Source of the DNA: Salinispira sp.
Lineage (GTDB): Bacteria > Spirochaetota > Spirochaetia > DSM-27196 > Salinispiraceae
DNA length: 64,000 bases
Direction of reading: 5' to 3'
Assembly: GCA_965602015.1 (NCBI GenBank)
Contig: OZ271918.1
Coordinates: 896,001 to 960,000, forward strand
The first letter of the stretch is position 1; the number at the start of each line of letters is the position of its first letter. The notes beneath the pieces are model-generated. The model was not told the origin of the DNA, searched no databases, and saw only the letters and a list, made by a program, of their open reading frames with translations. The position numbers and the translations under genes are program-made. Positions 56,796 to 64,000 of this stretch are shown here, piece by piece.

Positions 56796-57868
56796 GCGAG
56801 GCAATCATTGCCGCAATTTTGTGCCTATACGGCGCGGTTTTAGCCGATGCAATCATCGCTGATCCTCCATGGTGGCCGCATCCCGTGAGAGCAATCGGCT
56901 TTCTGGCTAACGCACTGGAGTCTATTCTGACAAGGCTCTTGGGGCGAACAGTACGGGCGGGTTTGATTGCCCTGGTCGCAGCGCTTATCCTGATTGCCAT
57001 CATCTCAGCTCTTGCCGTTCCCGTTTTTGCACTTCTCCTCAGAATCAGCATAGCGGATTCCTTCACCACCGATGTGCTGACAGTGTCTTTCGCCTCACTC
57101 CTGCTTTCATTCTCCTTTGCCAGTCATGAATTAAACGCAGCTGGGCGAGGGGTCCAACGGGCGCTTGTTTCAGGCGACCTCCCTGAGGCCCGAAGGCGAC
57201 TGTCATTGATCGTCAGCCGTCAAACCGCAGAGCTGGAAAAAGATGAGATTATTCGCGGTACCCTGGAAAGTCTGTCGGAGAACTGGCTCGACAGTGTTGG
57301 TGCGCCCATCATGTGGGCCCTGCTCGGCGCAGGATTCGCATTCATCGGTACCGGGGTAAATCAGGCCGGCGGTCTCATCGCGGTATTGTCCGGACTGCTC
57401 TCCGGCGCGTGGACCTACCGCTGCGTGAATACTCTGGATGCTATGTGGGGTTACCGGAGCACTCTCTATGAGAAATTCGGCAAGGCAGCGGCCCGGGCGG
57501 ATGATGTTATGAATTACCTGCCCGCCCGCCTTTCTGCCCTTATTCTTGTTATCACCGCTCTGGCGGTGCCCCGGACATCGGTGGTACACGCTGCGGCAAT
57601 GTGCGGCCGGGATGGACGAAAAAGCCGAAGTCCCAACTCAGGTTGGGTGGAGGCAGCTTGTGCCGGGGCAATCGGCGTCGCATTGGGCGGCCCGGCACGT
57701 TATGGCGGAGTGCTGGTGGAAAACCCCCGGATTGGCGAGGGTAATGCAAAGCTCCGTCACATTTCCTCGGCCATCACGCTTAATCAGACGGCCTTAGCTC
57801 TGATCCTGAGTATGACAACCGCAGTTCTTCTGCTTGTAGTTGATTCCGTGGGGTATTATGGGCGCTAA
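56792..57868 (+). CDS. cbiB: Adenosylcobinamide-phosphate synthase
   Basis: DPPWWPHPV, IVSRQT, ESLSEN, NTLDAMWGY, ADDVMNYLPARL, SPNSGW. Confidence 0.9.
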   Translation: MSEAIIAAILCLYGAVLADAIIADPPWWPHPVRAIGFLANALESILTRLLGRTVRAGLIALVAALILIAIISALAVPVFALLLRISIADSFTTDVLTVSFASLLLSFSFASHELNAAGRGVQRALVSGDLPEARRRLSLIVSRQTAELEKDEIIRGTLESLSENWLDSVGAPIMWALLGAGFAFIGTGVNQAGGLIAVLSGLLSGAWTYRCVNTLDAMWGYRSTLYEKFGKAAARADDVMNYLPARLSALILVITALAVPRTSVVHAAAMCGRDGRKSRSPNSGWVEAACAGAIGVALGGPARYGGVLVENPRIGEGNAKLRHISSAITLNQTALALILSMTTAVLLLVVDSVGYYGR

Positions 57869-59603
57869 AAGAGTTGAGCCGCGAGGCGACCGACGCAGGC
57901 AGAATGGGGTCATAATCGCCGGAACCCATTCAGGTTGCGGAAAGACCACCGTCACCATGGGCATTATTGCAGCCCTTCGTCGGGCGGGCCTGACCGTTCA
58001 GCCGTATAAATGCGGCCCCGATTTTATTGACCCGGGATTTCACCGTCTGGCAGCGGGCCGGGCTTGCCGCAATCTCGATACCCGTATGCTCGATGATACT
58101 ACTGTGAGGGACCTGTACGCCCGTACATCCCTGGGAAGCGATATAGCAATTGTGGAAGGGGTTATGGGCCTTTTTGACGGTGCGGGGCCGGACGATGAAA
58201 GGGGCGGGGCCGCTCATCTCGCCCGGCTCCTGGGTCTGCCGGTTATTTTGGTAGTGGATGCCCGGGCCATGGTTCGAAGCGCCGCTGCTGTGGTCAGGGG
58301 GTTCGCGGCCTTTGATCCGGAGGTGCGGGTAGCAGCCGTCGTGCTTAATCGCCTTGGATCGGCGCGCCATGGCGAAATGGTCCGGCAGGCGGTGGAAGAT
58401 GCAACAGGGGTGCCGGTGATCCTGACAATGGAGCGCCGTGAGGAGTGGTCCATGGCCGAACGGCACCTCGGTCTTGTGCCTTGGTGGCTGAACGGGGATG
58501 TTGAAGGAGACAAAAACCCGACCCGGATAGATCTGCTTGCACAGTATGTGAGTGATGCCATGGATAGGGACCTGCTTCTGAAAATATCCTCAGAGACTGC
58601 CCCTCTATCTGGTCCGACTGATGGGCCGATCGTCCATCACGCTCGTGGGGGCAGCGTTGGCGGAGAAGCCGCTTCTTTGAAGACCGCGCATGAAGCCCAG
58701 GCGCATGAAACCCGACCCGTCATTGCAATCGCAGGGGATGAGGCTTTTAGCTTTTACTATGAGGAAAACCTCGAGCTGCTTGAGGCGCATGGCGCTCGAC
58801 TGGAATTTTTCAGCCCCATTCATGACCATAGGCTTCCGCCTGGCAGCTGCGCCATATATATCGGAGGAGGCTATCCCGAACTCCATGCCCAGAAACTCTC
58901 GGGTAACAGTTCCATTCGCCGCTCTGTTCTCCAGGCAGCCCAAGGCGGTATGCCGGTCTATGCTGAATGCGGGGGGTACATGTATCTGAGCAGAGCCATT
59001 GTCGATGTACACGGTGTGCGGCATGCAATGGTCGGCCTGTTTAGCGGCACTGCTCGCATGGGCTCAACGCTTCGGGCATTGGGCTATGCGGATGTGCGGA
59101 TCATGGGAGAGTCAGCCGTCGGCGGTGACGGCTTGAACGTACGGGGGCATGTGTTCCATTGGGCGGATATCTCCGACGAGCCTGACGACAGGGGAGACAG
59201 TTTTTTTGGCGATGATGGCAGTCGCCGCACTCAGGACCTAGCTGATGCCGGCATAGAGAGAGCTGCGGAGTTTTCAGTGTCGTATAGGGGTGAGACGAAA
59301 AACCGCGACAACAGCATCGGTCGGCAGGTGTACAATAGCACAGCCAGCTGGCTTCACCTGCATTTCGCATCTAATCCTCAGGCAGCAAGAGCCTTTGTTC
59401 ACCGCGCCCGTGACTATTATGCGACTGTCCGCGGCCGATGTCCCATGTGCGGGGAACCGAACCGTTGCAGCGTGGAGACCGGAATCTGCTGGTGTTTCTC
59501 CCGTAACGTTCCCGACGGTTTGAAAACACAAATTCCTGCCGGACGCTGCATCTGCGAGAATTGCCTGAATCAATATTTGAAGGAACTTAGGAACCTGACA
59601 TGA
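57858..59603 (+). CDS. cbiA: Cobyrinate a,c-diamide synthase with C-terminal cysteine-rich CWC-like domain
   Basis: SGCGKTT, KCGPDFIDP, EGVMGLFDG, ERHLGL, AFSFYY, GGYPE, AECGGYMYL; tail CPMCGEPNRC...CWC...CICENCL. Confidence 0.9.
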   Translation: MGAKRVEPRGDRRRQNGVIIAGTHSGCGKTTVTMGIIAALRRAGLTVQPYKCGPDFIDPGFHRLAAGRACRNLDTRMLDDTTVRDLYARTSLGSDIAIVEGVMGLFDGAGPDDERGGAAHLARLLGLPVILVVDARAMVRSAAAVVRGFAAFDPEVRVAAVVLNRLGSARHGEMVRQAVEDATGVPVILTMERREEWSMAERHLGLVPWWLNGDVEGDKNPTRIDLLAQYVSDAMDRDLLLKISSETAPLSGPTDGPIVHHARGGSVGGEAASLKTAHEAQAHETRPVIAIAGDEAFSFYYEENLELLEAHGARLEFFSPIHDHRLPPGSCAIYIGGGYPELHAQKLSGNSSIRRSVLQAAQGGMPVYAECGGYMYLSRAIVDVHGVRHAMVGLFSGTARMGSTLRALGYADVRIMGESAVGGDGLNVRGHVFHWADISDEPDDRGDSFFGDDGSRRTQDLADAGIERAAEFSVSYRGETKNRDNSIGRQVYNSTASWLHLHFASNPQAARAFVHRARDYYATVRGRCPMCGEPNRCSVETGICWCFSRNVPDGLKTQIPAGRCICENCLNQYLKELRNLT

Positions 59604-60196
59604 GGGAACTGATTTATATTTCAGGGGGGCAACGCTCAGGCAAAAGCCGGTACGCTCAAAAACTGGCTTGCGCAATGAGTGAGGAACCCATATATCTGGC
59701 AACTGCAAGGGTGTGGGATGATGATTTTCGCCGGCGTATTGAACGCCACCAGGCCGATCGTGGTGAACATTGGCGCAGTATTGAGATTGATCGTAGCATT
59801 TCTGATATACACCGGTATCTTGCACAACCCTCTATGCGAGGGAACAATGAATCGCCAGTTGACTCCCGGCTTCCCAAAACCATAGAGGATGGAGGAGAAG
59901 TGGTTCTTGTGGACTGCATCACCCTTTGGGTCACGAACTTTTTCACCGATGCAGATGGTGATATTGAAAGGGCTTTCCAGGAAATTACGGCCGAATGGGA
60001 GCGCTTCAACAGCCTCAACATCCGAACCATAGCAGTGAGCAACGAAATCGGCATGGGAGTAATCCCGGACAACGAAATTGCGAGGAAATTTGCCGACCTC
60101 CAGGGTTTTGTCAATCAACACATTGCCGGACAGGCGAACCGTCAGATACTCATGCTTTCAGGCTCAGCTGTGACGGTAAAAGGAGAGAGTGGGTGA
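59600..60196 (+). CDS. cobU: Adenosylcobinamide kinase/guanylyltransferase
   Basis: GGQRSGKS, RIERHQADR, VDCITLW, VSNEIGMG. Confidence 0.92.
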   Translation: MRELIYISGGQRSGKSRYAQKLACAMSEEPIYLATARVWDDDFRRRIERHQADRGEHWRSIEIDRSISDIHRYLAQPSMRGNNESPVDSRLPKTIEDGGEVVLVDCITLWVTNFFTDADGDIERAFQEITAEWERFNSLNIRTIAVSNEIGMGVIPDNEIARKFADLQGFVNQHIAGQANRQILMLSGSAVTVKGESG

Positions 60197-61203
60197 GCAT
60201 AGAAGAGGACATTCGCCGGATTATCGATGAAAAAACCAAACCGCCGGGATCCCTGGGAAAACTGGAGGAGCTGGCCTTTCGCATCGCACGTATTCAAAAC
60301 AGCCTTACCCCCCGGCTGAGTAATCCCAGGATTGTCGTGTTTGCCGCAGATCATGGCGTCGTGGCCGAAGGGGTAAGCCCCTATCCTCAAGAGGTGACCA
60401 GCCAAATGGTGCGAAACTTCCTTGAGGGTGGAGCCGCGGTCAATGCCTTCTGTAATGCCAACGGCATCGATCTCGAAATCGTCGATGCGGGGGTTGCTGC
60501 AGACCTTACCGGCCTACCGAATCTGAAACACGAAAAAATACGACGGGGAACCGAAAACTTTACCCGGGCTCCAGCCATGGGTAAAGAAGAACTCGAAGCG
60601 GCTCTTGCCGGAGGCGCAGCGGCCGTTGAACGGGCGGTGCGGGCAGGCTGTAACTGCATCGGCTTCGGGGAAATGGGGATCGGCAACACGACCTCGGCGG
60701 CGGCTCTGATGAGTGCGTACACAGGCTACGCTCCCGAGCGCTGTGCCGGAAGGGGAACCGGACTGGATGACCGGGGTCTCGAGCGCAAAATTGCGATAAT
60801 TAAGCGCGGGCTTGCCCACCACGGTCAGCATCTTGGCGGGGCAAAGTCAGTCCTTGCCCGTCTAGGAGGGTTTGAAATTGCGATGATTGCCGGCGGCATT
60901 ATAGAGGCCCGACGTAAATCCCTGATAACCCTCATCGACGGATTTATCGCATCTGCCGCATATCTGGCAGCAAGCCGGATTCGGGACGATGTGGCTGACA
61001 CTGCGGTATTCTGCCACCAAAGCGATGAGCGAGGGCACGCCCTCCTGTTGGACTATTTGAATGTTGAGCCGCTGTTGAATTTGGGAATGAGGCTCGGCGA
61101 GGGTTCGGGAGCCGCAGTGGCCTATCCCCTGTTAAAAAGTGCGCTTGCGTTTTTTAACGAAATGGCCAGCTTTGCATCCGCAGAGGTCAGTACCCGTGAT
61201 TAG
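60193..61203 (+). CDS. cobT: Nicotinate-nucleotide:DMB phosphoribosyltransferase
   Basis: KTKPPGSLGKLE, AADHG, GEMGIGNTT, GRGTG, MRLGEGSGA; GTG start at 60193. Confidence 0.93.
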   Translation: MSIEEDIRRIIDEKTKPPGSLGKLEELAFRIARIQNSLTPRLSNPRIVVFAADHGVVAEGVSPYPQEVTSQMVRNFLEGGAAVNAFCNANGIDLEIVDAGVAADLTGLPNLKHEKIRRGTENFTRAPAMGKEELEAALAGGAAAVERAVRAGCNCIGFGEMGIGNTTSAAALMSAYTGYAPERCAGRGTGLDDRGLERKIAIIKRGLAHHGQHLGGAKSVLARLGGFEIAMIAGGIIEARRKSLITLIDGFIASAAYLAASRIRDDVADTAVFCHQSDERGHALLLDYLNVEPLLNLGMRLGEGSGAAVAYPLLKSALAFFNEMASFASAEVSTRD

Positions 61204-61954
61204 GCTGTTTCGCACTGCCCTCATGTTCTACACCCGCATCCCCGCCGGCCAAAATATTTCGGGGTCGAACGAAGACCTGAACCGGGCGACAGGTTTTCTG
61301 CCGCTCATCGGGTTAATCGTCGGAGGGCTATCCGCTGCGGCTTACGCACTGACTGCCGTAGTTCTTCCCCCGAATGCCGCTGTGGTAATCGCCATGATCG
61401 TCGGGGTGCTAGCTACCGGTTCATTTCACGAGGATGGATTCGCTGATACCTGCGACGGGTTGGGAGGCGGTTGGAGCGTCGAGGACAAATTGCGCATAAT
61501 GAAGGACAGCAGAGTCGGCTCCTATGCCCTTGCGGGTCTGACGCTGCTGTTCCTTCTCAAATTCGCCCTGCTTTCATCTTTCGCTCCCGCATTGGCTGTC
61601 TTCGCCATGATGGCCAGCCACATAACTGCGCGGGTAATTCCCCTGCTAATAATAAAGATGCTGCCTTATGTACGCGCCGATGATTTGAGCAAGGCTAAGC
61701 CGGTGTCTAAAGGAATCTCATGGTTCGTGCTGCTGACGGGAATGCTTTCGTCAGGTGCTCTGATAGGCGGACTGTATCTGTTGATGACTCCCGGACCTCC
61801 GCTTATGGTAATTATTGTGGTTCTACCTCTTATCCTCTCTCCGCTTATTGCGGCCTACTATCGGCGGAAGATGGGAGGATATACCGGCGACCTTCTTGGT
61901 GCGGCGGAACAGCTGGGTGAAGTCTGTGCCTTAGCATTTCTGGCTGCCCTGTGA
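61196..61954 (+). CDS. cobS: Cobalamin (5'-phosphate) synthase
   Basis: FYTRIP, TGSFHEDGFADTCDG, IMKDSRVG, GGYTGDLLGA. Confidence 0.92.
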   Translation: MIRLFRTALMFYTRIPAGQNISGSNEDLNRATGFLPLIGLIVGGLSAAAYALTAVVLPPNAAVVIAMIVGVLATGSFHEDGFADTCDGLGGGWSVEDKLRIMKDSRVGSYALAGLTLLFLLKFALLSSFAPALAVFAMMASHITARVIPLLIIKMLPYVRADDLSKAKPVSKGISWFVLLTGMLSSGALIGGLYLLMTPGPPLMVIIVVLPLILSPLIAAYYRRKMGGYTGDLLGAAEQLGEVCALAFLAAL

Positions 61955-62508
61955 TTCTGAACGTTGTACGACATCCTCCGGTGAATGTTCCTAACGGCCT
62001 CTGCTATGGCAAAATGGATGTTCCTTTGCAGCCCGGTTGGCAAGATTCTGCCGATCGGCTCGCCCAGCAATACCGACATCTCTTCGATGACTTCCAAGAT
62101 TCAAACCGAAAAATCTACAGCAGCCCTTCGCTGCGCTGCGCTGAGCCTGCAGCCTACCTGGCCGATGCGCTCGGCCTCAGCTTGGTGCAGGATGACCGCT
62201 TGAGGGAGCTGGATTTTGGGGCTTGGGAAGGATGGACCTATAAAGAACTATGGGAAAAAGAGCCCGCCTATCGTCACTGGATGGAATACTGGCAGACCGA
62301 ACAGACACCTTCTGGGGATTCCCTTCCCAAAATGATTCTCCGAGTTAACAGTTTCATCAGCAGTATTCAAAAAACTTCAGCGCTGTTGTGCACTCATGCC
62401 GGAGTTATTCGCATAGCCAGGGCCCTGTCCAGGAAGACCGAAGTACATAAAGCAATGAGTGTACCTGTGCCGTTTTTTGAGCTGATTACTATTGATAGCG
62501 AACTATGA
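61951..62508 (+). CDS. cobC: Alpha-ribazole phosphatase (histidine phosphatase family)
   Basis: VRH, CYGKMDV, SSPSLRC, ELDFGAWEG, THAGVIR. Confidence 0.85.
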   Translation: MILNVVRHPPVNVPNGLCYGKMDVPLQPGWQDSADRLAQQYRHLFDDFQDSNRKIYSSPSLRCAEPAAYLADALGLSLVQDDRLRELDFGAWEGWTYKELWEKEPAYRHWMEYWQTEQTPSGDSLPKMILRVNSFISSIQKTSALLCTHAGVIRIARALSRKTEVHKAMSVPVPFFELITIDSEL

Positions 62509-62573
62509 AATGAAAACCAAGCAGGGTATTATAAGATGATAGGTACTAACCATCCATCCCTTTTGGAGGCTTC

Positions 62574-63599
62574 ATGAACGATAAAAGCGCCCTCGGCCTG
62601 CGCCATGCGATTCCCTTTTTAGTGGGGTACAGCCTCATCCCGATATACCTTTTTGCACCAACGCCCTTAGCGGTTCCCCTTTTCATTTTTGTGGCCATCC
62701 CGCTGTTCGACCTGCTTCTTGGCAAAAGTACGGTGAATTTTCTGTCCGACCATATCCCCGCCGCCTTCGACATACTCGTGTGGCTCTGGCCCATAGTTCA
62801 AATCGTAAATCTCGCCTTTGCGCTCTACCAGGTATCAATCGGGGTAATTGCGGGCCCTTCATTAATAGGCCATGCTCTGGCCCTGGGGATGATAAACGGC
62901 GCGGTGGGAATCACCTATGCCCATGAACTGATTCACCGTAAGTCCCGGGCGGAGGTGTTTTTGGGAGAGATCATCCTGGCAAGCGTCTGCTATCTTCATT
63001 GGCGTATCGAGCATGTCCGGGGACACCATGCCCATGTGGCAACCCCTGAAGATCCGGCCAGCGCGCCTCGCGGCATGACGGTGTACCGGTTTATTCCCCG
63101 CTCAATCATCGGCACATGGGTGAGCGCCTGGCAGCTCGAAAAAACCCGGCTGGCCCGCCTGGACAAAGGCCCGTTCTCCGCCGGCAGTTACCTGTGGCCG
63201 GCGATACTGCTTCCGTTTGTTTTAACAGTTGGCACCGGCTTGGCGCTGGGCTTGGCGGCGATGGCCGTGTTTCTCCTGCAATCGCTTATTGCCGTAGTGC
63301 TGCTGGAGATCGTCAATTACATAGAGCACTACGGCCTAGAGCGTCGGCAGCTTGAAAGCGGGAATTATGAAAAACCCCACCCCGGCATATCGTGGAATGC
63401 GGACAACCGGCTAACCAATGCCTTTCTTATTAATCTTCAACGCCATTCAGATCACCACTCCCGGCCGCGGGTGCCGTATCCCCTTTTGGAATCGAAGGAG
63501 GAAGCTCCCCAGCTTCCCTTCGGATATGCAACCATGATTATCATGAGCCTAATTCCCCCGCTGTACAAGCGGGTTGTGGAGCCGCGGATTCCCGGTTAG
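62574..63599 (+). CDS. alkB: AlkB-family membrane di-iron alkane 1-monooxygenase
   Basis: All four His motifs: HELIH, EHVRGHH, NYIEHYG, LQRHSDHH; also ATPEDPASA and PQLPFGY. Confidence 0.9.
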   Translation: MNDKSALGLRHAIPFLVGYSLIPIYLFAPTPLAVPLFIFVAIPLFDLLLGKSTVNFLSDHIPAAFDILVWLWPIVQIVNLAFALYQVSIGVIAGPSLIGHALALGMINGAVGITYAHELIHRKSRAEVFLGEIILASVCYLHWRIEHVRGHHAHVATPEDPASAPRGMTVYRFIPRSIIGTWVSAWQLEKTRLARLDKGPFSAGSYLWPAILLPFVLTVGTGLALGLAAMAVFLLQSLIAVVLLEIVNYIEHYGLERRQLESGNYEKPHPGISWNADNRLTNAFLINLQRHSDHHSRPRVPYPLLESKEEAPQLPFGYATMIIMSLIPPLYKRVVEPRIPG

Positions 63600-63637
63600 G
63601 CTCCTGAGCGGCAAAACGGCATCGCCTATATTCCAGG

Positions 63638-64000
63638 TTATACCAGCGCCGAGACCAGTGGAGCTATGCTTGATTCGTCCATGCGGTCGAAGCCCCGCGC
63701 CATTTCAGTCATGGGACCGGTGCCGTTTTCCTTTTGTGACAGTTTAGCAAACAGCCAGCGCAACAAGGCGGGCCCCTCTGCGGGATTCCATCTTCCGGGA
63801 AATGCGTGGTAGCTCGCCGAGCTCTTCAGCCATTCGGGAACCGCGGCCTCTCTAAAACGTTCTGCTTCTTCGCCATCGGCGCCGGCGCCGCTTACTGTGA
63901 ACAGATGTACTGTTTTACCATGCAGGATTGACCGGTTTTTCTGCAGCCATGCAGCCGCATCGCTTTTTCCCATTTTGATGCTTCCCCCGACCACGATGGT
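63638..64000 (-). CDS. Flavodoxin-domain (HemG-like) protein, partial (start beyond window end)
   Basis: VVGGSIKMGK...VHLFTVSG...FPGRW...FDRMDESSIAPLV, typical of the flavodoxin_5 fold. Confidence 0.7.
   Translation of the reverse strand, partial: TIVVGGSIKMGKSDAAAWLQKNRSILHGKTVHLFTVSGAGADGEEAERFREAAVPEWLKSSASYHAFPGRWNPAEGPALLRWLFAKLSQKENGTGPMTEMARGFDRMDESSIAPLVSALV

Overview
Gene-dense bacterial chromosome window of moderately high GC, probably from an anaerobic free-living spirochaete. The taxonomy is inferred from the tro operon with a TroR-type operator and from 'FAAGAGEA'/'FAGGTSE'-style binding-protein signal peptides. Left to right: (1) an ABC-2-type exporter and an NHL beta-propeller lipoprotein. 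(2) A ~22 kb sulfosugar (sulfoquinovose, SQ) catabolic locus, 3740-25922. It encodes a split transketolase, an RpiB-family isomerase, a SauS-like CoA-acylating aldehyde dehydrogenase, a SucCD-like ligase and a DASS transporter, matching the sulfoacetate-forming sulfoglycolytic transketolase route. It also has a ROK regulator, two YihQ-like GH31 glycosidases, an ABC importer, a GPH symporter and DUF4867. Four extra enzymes are present (IolB/KduI-like cupin, NagB-like isomerase/deaminase, amidohydrolase, Gfo/Idh/MocA oxidoreductase), but no recognisable SQ isomerase. A shared palindrome, TTACTTA-N3-TAAGTAA, sits in all three promoter regions of this locus. (3) troR/troABCD metal uptake. (4) pflBA. 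(5) A large CoA-activase fusion protein. (6) [FeFe]-hydrogenase maturation genes hydG-hydE-TM1266-aspA-like-hydF, with an unusual HydG cysteine motif. (7) feoAB with a DtxR-family regulator. (8) A cobalamin-riboswitch-controlled B12 uptake/salvage operon containing two gene fusions. (9) An AlkB-type alkane monooxygenase. The best candidate for an undescribed system is the SQ-locus variant with non-canonical entry enzymes. All assignments come from motif recognition by eye; no database searches were run.
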